A stretch of DNA of 64,000 nt from an uncultured Bacteroidales bacterium (GTDB lineage Bacteria; Bacteroidota; Bacteroidia; Bacteroidales; VadinHA17). Location: positions 76,302-140,301 of the forward strand of contig CAWBNA010000015.1 in assembly GCA_963789985.1 (NCBI GenBank), given 5' to 3'. Both the position numbers and the translations under genes were made by a program. Shown piece after piece: positions 9,328 through 19,203 of this stretch. The notes beneath the pieces were generated by a model. That model did not search any database, was not told the DNA's origin, and was given only the letters and a program-made list of their open reading frames with translations. Numbering within the stretch: position 1 is the first letter of the stretch; each line of letters begins with the position of its first letter.

Positions 9328-10878
9328 ATGGGAAAAAACAAATCAAATTCTGAAAGGAATATGAATAAGACTGCAAAAATATCAACAACAATAATACTGA
9401 CAGTATTTATCCTGCTAATAGTGAACATTCTGTCAGAAAACTACAGTTTCAGGGTCGACCTTACCGAAGGCAGGGAATATACCCTGGGTACTGCTACACG
9501 AAATATCCTGAAAAACCTTGAAAAGCCTGTGACGGTAACTACATATTTTTCAAAGGACCTTCCTCCCAGCCTGGGGAATATATCCGGCAATCTGAAGGAT
9601 ATGCTGATCGAGTACGGCAACAGGTCCAGGGGACTGGTGGTATATAAGTTTGTGAATCCTAATGAAAAGGAAGATCTGGAACGCGAAACTGTTAAGAACG
9701 GGATTCGTCCGGTAATGATCAATGTAAGGGAGAAAGATCAGGTTAAGCAACAGAAAGCCTACATGGGAGCTGTGGTTTCAATGGGAGACGAAAAGGAGAC
9801 AATACCGTTCTTTCAGCCCGGCGCTGCTATGGAATACGCCTTGTCGACAGCCATCAAGAAACTTTCAGTTACAAACAAACCTGCCGTAGCCTTGATCGAA
9901 GGACATGGTGAACCAATGATAAATGAACTCTCGCAGGTTTATGACGAACTGAGCGTCCTGTACAGCGTTGATCCCCTTAAACTTACCGATACCACAGATA
10001 TTCCTGAAAAGTATAAAACAATTGCAATCATAAGACCAACTGACACTATCCCGGAGGTACAGATTGCCAAGCTTGACAATTTTCTGGCCCGGGGGGGAAA
10101 TATTTTCCTTGCGATAAACAGGGTTGAAGGCGATTTCCAGAGTGCCACCGGTAAAGCAATAAGCACAGGACTTGAAGAGTGGCTGAACAGGAAGGGATTG
10201 ACTATTTCTGATAATTTCGTTATTGATGAAAACTGCGGTAAGGTGACGGTTCAGCAGCAACAGGGAAATTTCATAATGTCATCGCAGGTATCATTCCCTT
10301 ACCTGCCGCTGATCTCAAAGTTTGCCGATAATCCTGTTACAAAAGGACTGGAAGAGGTTAGCCTGCAGTTTGCAAGCCCTCTCACTTACTCAGGGGGTGA
10401 CAGTACGAAAAAATTCATCCCGATAGCCTTTTCTTCTTCAAAGTCAGGCACTGTGAAAGCGCCTGTTTATTTTGATATTCAGAAACAATGGACACAGAAT
10501 GAATTTCCGATGTCGGGAATTGCCGTTGCAGGAATTCTTGAAGGAAAATTATCCGGAAACCAGAATTCAAAAATCATCGTGGTTTCGGATGGTGATTTTG
10601 CTGTAAACGGCTCACAAAGAGGAAGCAGGCTGCCCCAGGATAATATTAACCTGCTGGTAAATTCCATAGACTGGTTATCGGATGATACGGGATTAATAGG
10701 ATTGCGGACAAAAGAGGTGACATCGCGCCCGATAAAAGAGATGGCTGACGGTACAAAAACCTTCCTTAAATGGCTTAACTTCCTTCTGCCGATCGTACTT
10801 GTGATCATTTACGGGTTTGTCAGAATGCAGATCAACCGCAACAAACGGATAAAAAGAATGGAGGTTGACTATGAGTAA
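9328..10878 (+). CDS. gldG: GldG-like ABC-transporter auxiliary protein (ABC-type uncharacterized transport system domain)
   Basis: 516 aa with an N-terminal TM anchor, a large periplasmic region and a C-terminal TM. Its position after gldA-gldF matches the gldF-gldG pairing. Confidence 0.7.
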   Translation: MGKNKSNSERNMNKTAKISTTIILTVFILLIVNILSENYSFRVDLTEGREYTLGTATRNILKNLEKPVTVTTYFSKDLPPSLGNISGNLKDMLIEYGNRSRGLVVYKFVNPNEKEDLERETVKNGIRPVMINVREKDQVKQQKAYMGAVVSMGDEKETIPFFQPGAAMEYALSTAIKKLSVTNKPAVALIEGHGEPMINELSQVYDELSVLYSVDPLKLTDTTDIPEKYKTIAIIRPTDTIPEVQIAKLDNFLARGGNIFLAINRVEGDFQSATGKAISTGLEEWLNRKGLTISDNFVIDENCGKVTVQQQQGNFIMSSQVSFPYLPLISKFADNPVTKGLEEVSLQFASPLTYSGGDSTKKFIPIAFSSSKSGTVKAPVYFDIQKQWTQNEFPMSGIAVAGILEGKLSGNQNSKIIVVSDGDFAVNGSQRGSRLPQDNINLLVNSIDWLSDDTGLIGLRTKEVTSRPIKEMADGTKTFLKWLNFLLPIVLVIIYGFVRMQINRNKRIKRMEVDYE

Positions 10879-11830
10879 AAGATATGATAATAAAAAACTG
10901 ATTTATGTTCTGGCCGGTTTGCTGGTAATCCTGCTGCTTACCGTGTTCATTAAAATACCAAAACAAAAATCAACTATTAAGGACAGACTCGTTGACATTG
11001 ATACTGCTGAAGTGGACAGGATTGCAGTTACCCCAAGGGTTTCAATCGGGGCGCCTTTTGAATTTGCAAGGGAGAATGGCAAATGGAATGTCATTCAGGG
11101 CAATATCATTGCTGATCCTGTCAAGAACGCTATCATCAATATCTTCTCAGAAATTCTTGAGATAAAGCCTCAAAGCCTTGCAGCAATAGACAGATCTAAA
11201 TGGAATGACTACGACCTGAGTGACACCGCCGCAACACAAATAAAATTTCTCAATAAAAAGGGAAAAGTGCTTGCCGGTCTGATGATCGGAAGATTTACAT
11301 TCAAACAGGTCAGTAATCCGTACGCATCAGGCGGAAATAATGTTGAAGGAACAACTTTTGTAAGGCTTTCAAATGAAAATAAAATATATGCTGTCGAAGG
11401 GTTTCTTGCCCTGTCATTCAGTGGAAAGTTCAGTGACTGGCGCGATAAATCTTTTGTCAGGTGTAATAAGGACGATATTCTAAAGATCACATTTTCTTTC
11501 CCGGGCGACAGCAGTTTTATCCTTATGAAAAAGGATCAACGCTGGTTTATAGGAGATCAGCAGGCAGATACGACAGCTGTTGCAGACTATCTGAATAGTC
11601 TTTCATATATGAATGGCGATGAATTTGAAGATGGCTTTAAACCAGTTACAAAGCCCGAATACACGGTATCTGTGGAAGGAAATAACCTTTTGAATTTCAA
11701 TGTCAGGAGTTTCATAAGGCAAGGGACAGGAGAGTACGTTCTTAATTCAAGTCTAAATCCTGATTTATACTTTGCCAGCAAACCGGATGGACTTTTCAGT
11801 CAGGTCTTTAAATCAAAAGCAGATTTTTAA
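10871..11830 (+). CDS. DUF4340-like protein (usual partner of GldG-type proteins)
   Basis: About 319 aa with an N-terminal TM anchor. ATG at 10871 overlaps the gldG stop (ATGAGTAA), suggesting translational coupling. The track start at 10865 is TTG. Confidence 0.6.
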   Translation: MSKRYDNKKLIYVLAGLLVILLLTVFIKIPKQKSTIKDRLVDIDTAEVDRIAVTPRVSIGAPFEFARENGKWNVIQGNIIADPVKNAIINIFSEILEIKPQSLAAIDRSKWNDYDLSDTAATQIKFLNKKGKVLAGLMIGRFTFKQVSNPYASGGNNVEGTTFVRLSNENKIYAVEGFLALSFSGKFSDWRDKSFVRCNKDDILKITFSFPGDSSFILMKKDQRWFIGDQQADTTAVADYLNSLSYMNGDEFEDGFKPVTKPEYTVSVEGNNLLNFNVRSFIRQGTGEYVLNSSLNPDLYFASKPDGLFSQVFKSKADF

Positions 11831-14064
11831 GAAGGTTTTTTAAAAATGGAATTTACCGCATTTTGCACCTGTTGTGTATAGACTCCAATAGTTTTTGAAA
11901 CTATTTCAATGTTGTCCTGGGCCTCTTTCCAGTTTCTTTGTTCAATGGCCTCACGGATGCCGGGCAATGTTTTTACATCATAGCCGGTATAAAATCCGGG
12001 TGCATATATCTGGTGTTTATACCATGGTCTCCTTGGTAATCCGTTTTCATTTATCAGGCTTCTTTCAAGTTTGTACAAAACTTCATTCAGCTCATTTTGT
12101 TTATCGGCAGGCAGTTGGAAAGCATTTTCATATTGTTTCTGAAATTCTTCCGAAGCGTTCTTAAGCTGTGCCATTGCATTTTCCAGGTCACTGAAATTAA
12201 GATACGGGACTGCATCCTTCATTTTGGGTGACTTGGAAATTTTTGTCGGATCTTTTGCAAGATCAAATAAGCCATCACTGATCATATTATTTACCTGTTC
12301 CGTTTCGGCTCTTGTTTTATCAAGCAATTCCTTTAATTCAGAAACATAGCCGGCAACTGTTTTATAAAAACTGCTGACGTCAAATGGCAGCACATCAGCA
12401 TTGGCCATTCTCATTATAGCCCGGCCGGTAGTCTTTGCCAGGGCGACTTCGTATTGAAATCCGGGATCTGCAAATCTTACAAAATGATCATAAGAATCAT
12501 AAATGGAATGATATTCTCCGCCCTGCCCTTCTCCTCCAAAACCAAGATTCATGGATGATATGCCCAGAAACTGCAGAAACCCTGACCAGTCTGATCCGGC
12601 GCCCAAAGCATCCAGTTTAATATATTTGTTCCCGGTCAATTTTGCTTTTGCTGACTTATCAGCTGTCACCATGCTCAGAGCATACTTTCTTTCTTTTATG
12701 CTTACACCGGTTTGCGGATCGATAACAGCATCCGCTATTTCATTAAAAAATGGCTCTAAAGTGTGTGACCCGGATGCAAAAATAAAACCCCGGGAGTTAG
12801 CATCAGTATTTAAATAAAAAACAGCCTTTTTACTAAGCTCTGCCTGATGATCTTCCGCCCACTCCGTTGATCCCAGCAGGCTGGGTTCTTCTCCATCCCA
12901 GACACAATAAATAAGCGTGCGCTTTAATTTAAATCCATTTTTTACCAATTCGCTGATAGCGCTTGCTTCTTCCATTTCTGACACAAGGCCGCTTACAGGA
13001 TCCATGGCTCCGTTTACCCAGGCATCATGATGGTTCCCGCGAATGATCCATTCATCCGGTAATTCACTGCCTGGTAATTTAGCTATCACATCATATAGTT
13101 GTTTAATATCCCAGTTGAATTGCAATTTCAAATGCACTTTGTCTTTACCCGGGCCAACATGGTATGTAATTGGCAGTCCGCCTCTCCAGGATGGAGGGAC
13201 AACCTGTCCGCCCAATGATTGCAGCAGAGGTAACGCATCGCCATAGGAGATCGGTAAAACCGGGATTTTCATGATAGTGACCGCGTCATTTCTGTCCAGA
13301 CGCTTTGCGTCTTTGGTAGCTCCCACTCCCGGGGTCAGAGGATCACCCGGATACACAGGCATATCCATTACTGAACCCCGCTGAACGCCATCCTTCGGAC
13401 GAAAAGCACCTTCAGGATACACATCACCCTGTACATAGCCATCATCTTCGGGATCCGAATAAATAATGCAGCCGACAGCGCCATGCTCATAAGCCACTTT
13501 CGGTTTTATCCCTCTCCACGATCCGCCATATTTGGCGATCACAATTTTGCCCTTAACATCTATCCCCATTCTTTCCAGCTCTTCATAATCTGAAGGAATA
13601 CCACGGTTGACAAAAACCAATTCAGCCGTAACATCACCATCGGCTGAATAGGCATTATAAGAAGGAAGTTGTTCATTTTTTTGCCCCGAAGTTTTATCCT
13701 CTTTCAGGGCCGGTTCTTCCAGTTTTGCCTTAAAAGGCTTGTTTCCTGTGAGTTCCAGTAATCTTGTTTTAGGTGTCGGAAATAAAACATAAAAAGATTC
13801 TATTTCTGTTTTATAGCCCCATTGTTTAAACAAGTTCGCTATGTATTCTGCATTTGCTTTATCCTGCGGACTTCCTACGTGATGCGGATGTGATGTAAGA
13901 AACTGCATCCAGGTATCCGGATTTCTTGTACTCATCTGTAAATCAAACTGTTTTTCCCAGGCAATCTGATTTGCCGCATTGGTATCCGTAAAACCCATTA
14001 TCTTCTGGGCATGACCTGCGCTGAAAATTAGCAGGAACATAATAACAAAATTCAGCCTTTTCAT
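11827..14064 (-). CDS. M28-family metallopeptidase, glutamate-carboxypeptidase-II/transferrin-receptor-like (PA domain + TfR-like dimerisation domain)
   Basis: 745 aa with a signal peptide. The layout is typical of the PSMA-like bacterial M28B group (RGNHHDAWVNGAMDPVSG, WDGEEPSLLGSTEW). The stop overlaps the convergent DUF4340 gene stop by 4 nt. Confidence 0.8.
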   Translation of the reverse strand: MKRLNFVIMFLLIFSAGHAQKIMGFTDTNAANQIAWEKQFDLQMSTRNPDTWMQFLTSHPHHVGSPQDKANAEYIANLFKQWGYKTEIESFYVLFPTPKTRLLELTGNKPFKAKLEEPALKEDKTSGQKNEQLPSYNAYSADGDVTAELVFVNRGIPSDYEELERMGIDVKGKIVIAKYGGSWRGIKPKVAYEHGAVGCIIYSDPEDDGYVQGDVYPEGAFRPKDGVQRGSVMDMPVYPGDPLTPGVGATKDAKRLDRNDAVTIMKIPVLPISYGDALPLLQSLGGQVVPPSWRGGLPITYHVGPGKDKVHLKLQFNWDIKQLYDVIAKLPGSELPDEWIIRGNHHDAWVNGAMDPVSGLVSEMEEASAISELVKNGFKLKRTLIYCVWDGEEPSLLGSTEWAEDHQAELSKKAVFYLNTDANSRGFIFASGSHTLEPFFNEIADAVIDPQTGVSIKERKYALSMVTADKSAKAKLTGNKYIKLDALGAGSDWSGFLQFLGISSMNLGFGGEGQGGEYHSIYDSYDHFVRFADPGFQYEVALAKTTGRAIMRMANADVLPFDVSSFYKTVAGYVSELKELLDKTRAETEQVNNMISDGLFDLAKDPTKISKSPKMKDAVPYLNFSDLENAMAQLKNASEEFQKQYENAFQLPADKQNELNEVLYKLERSLINENGLPRRPWYKHQIYAPGFYTGYDVKTLPGIREAIEQRNWKEAQDNIEIVSKTIGVYTQQVQNAVNSIFKKPS

Positions 14065-14222
14065 AAATGTGCCTTTCTTTCAGGATTATGTAACGTTATA
14101 AGGCAAGCCAAAACCTTAATGATAACTTTCAGTTAAGTGAAAGTATCAATCATCGCTTTCAACCTTTGCAAATATTCTGAATGAATTATTTTCTATCCTC
14201 CAAAACAAAAGACAATATCATT

Positions 14223-14498
14223 TTATCTTTTCATGATGTTGTCGTGCTTTGCTCTATAATTCAAAGCACGTTTCAATGAAACAATAGCCCTTTTTGAGTC
14301 AGCAATTGCCTGAGCTTTATATCCACCGAAATCTTCCGGCGCTTTTTCCATATAATCTACAGCGTCCTGAAGCTCCCGGATAGCGTTCTCGATTCTGGGA
14401 TGCCTGGATGCTTCAGTTCTCACGTTCTGTTGTACAATGACAAATGCTGTGGTGCTAAGGAATACTACTGTCAGCACAATGAATACGAGCTTTTTCAT
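14223..14498 (-). CDS. Small secreted or anchored hypothetical protein
   Basis: 91 aa with an N-terminal hydrophobic segment followed by a helical charged region. Same strand as the CotH/DUF4956/DUF2490 genes upstream. No recognisable family. Confidence 0.45.
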   Translation of the reverse strand: MKKLVFIVLTVVFLSTTAFVIVQQNVRTEASRHPRIENAIRELQDAVDYMEKAPEDFGGYKAQAIADSKRAIVSLKRALNYRAKHDNIMKR

Positions 14499-14634
14499 AA
14501 TTTTTCTTTTAGTTCAACTTCTGGAATTTAAAAACGACGATAATTTAAAAAAAATCATTGATTTATCAAGTAATCATGATTTCTTTTCTTTTGTCAATTT
14601 TGCCTGATCCAGGCCCGGATTTCAAAAAAGTCTT

Positions 14635-15315
14635 TCAGAATTTAATAGCGTAATTTAACGACAGAATGTTCATCTTCGTTAAATGAGGAAAATAATCAAG
14701 CTGATAAATATATTCAACTTCGAACGATTGTTTTCTTGCAAAATAATACTCCAGGCCGCAGGTATATCTTTTCTTGCCAATGCCGGGTTCCGGATTTTGA
14801 ATTGCCTTTCTGAACATGGGAGTGAAATATTCTGCCTCGGCATATGGACATACCGGGAATTTGCGTATATTATAAAATGCTTTTAACCTGTACCTGCCAT
14901 GCGCAACGGGGACTTCATCGTTCCTGTCAAGGAAATAGGTCTTATAACGGTCCTCAAATCTGAATCGGGCCGACAAAGACAGTCTGCCGACCGGTACTGA
15001 TCCTTTCACTTCTGCAAACCACACATGACGCCAATGGTAAGTATCATCTTTATCCAGCCGGTATTCAGGTCTGTAACCTCCGCCAATTGCAAAATGCTTA
15101 ATAATTTTGTAGGATAACTGGCCTTCGATGAAATCTTCCCTTATTTTAGAAGCATTGTCAATGGTTCTTATACTTCCCGACAGATCAAATTCAAGTTTCT
15201 TAAAAAATTTATGTTCGGCTGTTACTCCATACCAGATACCGAAATCAGGTGTCTGAGAAAAAACAGCGGAAAATGAACCCAGGAGAAAAATCATCAGTAC
15301 CAGTTTCTTAACCAT
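14635..15315 (-). CDS. Outer-membrane beta-barrel-like protein, DUF2490-like (family name from memory)
   Basis: Signal peptide MVKKLVLMIFLLGSFSAVFSQ starts at the Met at 15315; the track ORF extends to 15360. Alternating beta-strand pattern with aromatic residues, ending in F. Only 7 nt separate it from the upstream DUF4956 stop. Confidence 0.55.
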   Translation of the reverse strand: MVKKLVLMIFLLGSFSAVFSQTPDFGIWYGVTAEHKFFKKLEFDLSGSIRTIDNASKIREDFIEGQLSYKIIKHFAIGGGYRPEYRLDKDDTYHWRHVWFAEVKGSVPVGRLSLSARFRFEDRYKTYFLDRNDEVPVAHGRYRLKAFYNIRKFPVCPYAEAEYFTPMFRKAIQNPEPGIGKKRYTCGLEYYFARKQSFEVEYIYQLDYFPHLTKMNILSLNYAIKF

Positions 15316-15322
15316 CGCTATC

Positions 15323-16012
15323 TTAATTGTCGTTATTACCTTTACCGTTAAAGCCTGCATTGGCCCCTTTAATCATGGGATTATAATAATAGATCAAAAG
15401 GTCACATGTATCTGAGAGGAAATTAAATTTGACAACCTCTACCCTGTTGATCTTGTTTATTCCTGTCCTGTTCTGAATATCCTTAAGCAGTTCATCATGC
15501 TTTCCTGACTTGACCAGGTCGATCTTTTCATATACTATAAGCTTCGACGATTCATGTTTTAAAAGCCATAATTTTTCAATAGCATACGTAATAAGAACAA
15601 CTATGAAATTTGTAAACAGAAGGTCAATCAGGCTTGTCCGTACGTTTGTAAGAGCATTTATCACTGACAGACCTATAATCAGGAAAAGATACGTCATCTC
15701 TTTAATAGGAATAGGATCTGTTCTGTACTTGATTATCCTGAAAGTTGCAAACAAGCCCAGGGCAAAACCTATTTGAAGCTTAACACTCTCAAGCAGATAG
15801 CAAAGCAAAAAAATCAGGATGGAAATCAGGATATAAGTAAACATGTAATCTTTTCTTCTGGTAGTTGTATAGTACAGCCAGCGGGCCAGAATGAGTAAAA
15901 CAACGAGATTCAGGGTAAACCTCACTACAAATTCCAGGAATTCCGGAATATCAATGATATTTAAATCAATAATATTTTCTTTTTCAAAAATCGTCAAAAC
16001 GATTGAGTTCAT
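15323..16012 (-). CDS. DUF4956-family membrane protein (copy 1)
   Basis: 229 aa with 4-5 TM segments. The block GLFATFRIIKYRTDPIPIKEMTYLFLIIGLSVINAL and the soluble C-terminal domain are shared with the paralog at 30755-31342. Confidence 0.7.
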   Translation of the reverse strand: MNSIVLTIFEKENIIDLNIIDIPEFLEFVVRFTLNLVVLLILARWLYYTTTRRKDYMFTYILISILIFLLCYLLESVKLQIGFALGLFATFRIIKYRTDPIPIKEMTYLFLIIGLSVINALTNVRTSLIDLLFTNFIVVLITYAIEKLWLLKHESSKLIVYEKIDLVKSGKHDELLKDIQNRTGINKINRVEVVKFNFLSDTCDLLIYYYNPMIKGANAGFNGKGNNDN

Positions 16013-16221
16013 TTTCGGTCATATTTACTTATTCCCCGGAGAAAAATAACTTCAACTTCTTAACAATAAAAAATTATTACAAACAACATCAATAAAAGAA
16101 TTCAAATTGCTTTTAATTTCAAATTACGTTCATTCCCTTAAATATCCCGGCGCTTCTGAAAACTACCGGTACCATGATTAATTGACCATAATTATGCATG
16201 AATTGACTTATGGCCTTAGGT

Positions 16222-18246
16222 TCAATTCTTTACGACTTTCTTCGTAGTGGAGCCATTTGTTGTCAACGCTTTGATTAAATAAATGCCTCTGGCAAACCGA
16301 CTCATATCCAGCTCAAGAATTTTGCTGTCCGCCGGCATTGTAAAAAGCAAGCTGCCGGATACATCATAAATACTGATTGACTTTATTTCAGTTCCATTTT
16401 GAATTTCGAGTATATCTTTTACGGGGTTTGGAAATAATTGCAGAGTCAGGTCAGAAGGAATATTTTGATCATTAAAGAGTTGAAGATTGGATGCAACCCA
16501 GTTGGAAGGATCATTGTTGTCAAGATCAGGGTCGATCAGTTTCAGGTAATACCCATTGCCGTTTGCGTCCGGCCAGGGAAGGGAGTCTGCATAGTTGACA
16601 TTATCAATTATGTTCCCATATCCATCGACCATTACCAGATTCTGCCCCTTGTCTGACAGATTCCTGGTAAACTGGCCAAAGGGAACAAAGCCATATCTGA
16701 TCTTAAAGACAGAAGTATTGCTTGCAAGAATTATTGAAGCATGCGGGAGAATTGTGGAATTGGCAGGAAACTGGTAGACAAATCCTGTCCCGCTGAAATA
16801 TATTCCGGTCAGGTCCACTGTTTGATCTCCGTTGTTTGTAATCTCTATAAACTCCTGGTCCTCGCTTTTAAGCGGTGTAACTGTCGACGGCGGGTTGTAC
16901 ATGATTTTTGTGATAACAAGAGGAGGAACGGGAACATTGCTGCAGTCAGAGTATGAACCCAGGTTTGCTGTCATCCAGTCTATTCTCGTCGCAAGATAAC
17001 TTTTGATGTCGGCAATGCGCTTTTGAAATTTATCGGCAATATTCCATCGTAAATCATTACGGGTGACTGCTTCACTTATTATTGGAACAGCCTGGTCTAT
17101 AAAGGTTTCCATGCTGGTCAGATTCAATGGCTGCCCTGGCTGGATAAGCTCATTCCATCTTTTTGACAGCTGACATCTGAAGACATCGCTGTTGAAAAGA
17201 TCCAACCAGAACCTGGACCCTTCGTTATCACCATTTGAAAACTGCCAGATATCCGGTTTGCTCCTGTCGTATCCCCATAAAAACAGATCATTTCCGTAAG
17301 TCAGATCATTGTCCCAGACCGGACCTGCTCTCAGTTTCCCATTCCTGTCCTTATGGAAAAATGTGCTGTACTGATATGCATCCGGATTTGAGGCCAGTTC
17401 CTCAATAATCATATAGTCGACAAATGAGGGTATATCAATTACAGAGGGATACCCAGCGGTGACTGAAATATCATTATTGTAAGAGGTTGCCGCAAGGAAC
17501 CGGAACTGACTGCAGATATAATCATTCTGGGCCTGGGTTACGTTCTTAGGTTTTGGCACCACGTGAATGTAATACTGTTCCTGTCCATTCTCCGACTCCA
17601 TTATCCATGCAATCGGATCAGATCCCGGTTTGTCGCATTTAGTAATATAACCGCCGGTTACAGCCGGCATTGAATTATCATTAAAACCGATGCTGATAAC
17701 ATTAACCCTGTTTATATCAGCTTTGACCTTTTCCTGAAGGACATAGAGCCCTTTGTAATTACCATTGATTACCACTTCACAATATGCTGTCCGTGAGGCA
17801 TATTCTCCGATTTGCCTTGAGAGGTTATATGTCAGATAATCACGTATGAATGCCGTGTCAAAGCCCATTGCGTTAATAACCCACGAATAATGACCGGGCA
17901 TACCAAGAAGATTGACATTATTCTTTGTGTAGTCGTCGGACTTATATGTCGAAATACTGTATTGTTTCTTTTCCGGGTATTGGGTGGATTGTCCCCTGAT
18001 TTTTATATTAATTCTGCCGTTATAGTTCAGATATGCCGGATTATTCTGATCTGTCATATAGTTTCGTTCTCCCGAAGGTCTGCAAATGACTTTCATCGAT
18101 CCAAACACTTTCACAGAATCGTTTATTTCTGCACCGTTATCTGTGCTTATTATCATTATCGGAAGGTTGCTGTCAGTTAATGATTGGGCTGAGTCCAGTC
18201 CGCAAATTGAAAGACACAGGAATATTATGGATAAAGTCTTTTTCAT
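16222..18246 (-). CDS. Secreted CotH-family atypical kinase with lamin-tail domain and T9SS C-terminal sorting domain
   Basis: Probable start MKKTLSIIFLCLS at 18246 (track ORF runs to 18351). CotH blocks IKIRGQST, FIRDYLTYNLSRQIG, GLYVLQEKV and GPVWDNDLTYGN. LTD-like EFIEITNNGDQTVDLTGIYFS at about 16492-16923. CTD LFPNPVKDILEI...IYDVSGSLLF...GIYLIKA at 16225-16446. Confidence 0.8.
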   Translation of the reverse strand: MKKTLSIIFLCLSICGLDSAQSLTDSNLPIMIISTDNGAEINDSVKVFGSMKVICRPSGERNYMTDQNNPAYLNYNGRINIKIRGQSTQYPEKKQYSISTYKSDDYTKNNVNLLGMPGHYSWVINAMGFDTAFIRDYLTYNLSRQIGEYASRTAYCEVVINGNYKGLYVLQEKVKADINRVNVISIGFNDNSMPAVTGGYITKCDKPGSDPIAWIMESENGQEQYYIHVVPKPKNVTQAQNDYICSQFRFLAATSYNNDISVTAGYPSVIDIPSFVDYMIIEELASNPDAYQYSTFFHKDRNGKLRAGPVWDNDLTYGNDLFLWGYDRSKPDIWQFSNGDNEGSRFWLDLFNSDVFRCQLSKRWNELIQPGQPLNLTSMETFIDQAVPIISEAVTRNDLRWNIADKFQKRIADIKSYLATRIDWMTANLGSYSDCSNVPVPPLVITKIMYNPPSTVTPLKSEDQEFIEITNNGDQTVDLTGIYFSGTGFVYQFPANSTILPHASIILASNTSVFKIRYGFVPFGQFTRNLSDKGQNLVMVDGYGNIIDNVNYADSLPWPDANGNGYYLKLIDPDLDNNDPSNWVASNLQLFNDQNIPSDLTLQLFPNPVKDILEIQNGTEIKSISIYDVSGSLLFTMPADSKILELDMSRFARGIYLIKALTTNGSTTKKVVKN

Positions 18247-18519
18247 ATAAAGTCCGGGAAGAGTTTCTGTACATAAATTATGATGGCAGGGCCTGAAACG
18301 CCTGAGGCTTTTGTTATACTCCAAATAGGGCTTTCTTCTGTTTCCCGGCATGTCATATTTCCATGTTTTTTGAATGTATTAAAATACGTAATATAGTACA
18401 TCGATATTGTACGCGGGGTATTTTTATATTTTATTGCCTATGTTCCGGGAATAAACATTCCTAAGCAGGCAAATAGCCGGTACTTGATTACAGAAATGGA
18501 AATTTATTACTGGAACGCA

Positions 18520-19203
18520 CTAATCCTTCATACAACGGACCGAATAGCCCGATTGCTTAACACTGAGGCTGCTGTAGAGATCATTGAGAGTGCTGTACAT
18601 GCGCCGGTAGTAGGCATTGAAGTAGTAGCGTTCCGTAGAGCTCCACCAACAACCGTTGGAACGGAAGAAAACAATGTTGGAGCCTGAACTGTATTCGAAT
18701 GTTCCGTTACTGTTACGGAAACCGCCCGGCAGTGCCGTAAAACCAGTTTCGTTGGTTGTCCCCGCATTAGGACTTTCCCAATGGGTTGTTCCCTTTTCCT
18801 TTAATTTGCCGCCGGCAACACTTTCACCTCCCAGATAGATCGTCAGTGTCCTCCATTCAGTATCAGAAGGTACATGCCAGCCTCTGGGGCATAATTTATT
18901 TGTATTGACCGTGAACCAATTATACAAAGCCCCATATGTTTTTTTGGCGGCTGCATCATTTTTATATAAACAATAGGCGGGGGTTGTCAATGCTTCCCAT
19001 GCCTTGTCATCTTTAACCAATGGAATGGCTGTGCCATCATTATATTTCGTAGTTTTCAGATTCTCCGCCATCCAAACCTGCGTGCCAATGGTAACGGTTT
19101 TATAAACATTGCCTTCAATATCCTTAATGGTCTGTGACTGCAGCCCTGCAAATCCCATCCAAAAAAAGCCTATGGCAAATAATATCAGATTTTTATACCG
19201 CAT
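18520..19203 (-). CDS. FISUMP (Fibrobacter succinogenes major paralogous) domain protein
   Basis: Blocks IGTQVWMAENLKTTKYNDGTAI, YGALYNW, GWHVPSDTEW, GFTALPGGFR, WWSST and SVRC. The signal peptide begins at the Met at 19203 (track ORF to 19242). Confidence 0.8.
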   Translation of the reverse strand: MRYKNLILFAIGFFWMGFAGLQSQTIKDIEGNVYKTVTIGTQVWMAENLKTTKYNDGTAIPLVKDDKAWEALTTPAYCLYKNDAAAKKTYGALYNWFTVNTNKLCPRGWHVPSDTEWRTLTIYLGGESVAGGKLKEKGTTHWESPNAGTTNETGFTALPGGFRNSNGTFEYSSGSNIVFFRSNGCWWSSTERYYFNAYYRRMYSTLNDLYSSLSVKQSGYSVRCMKD

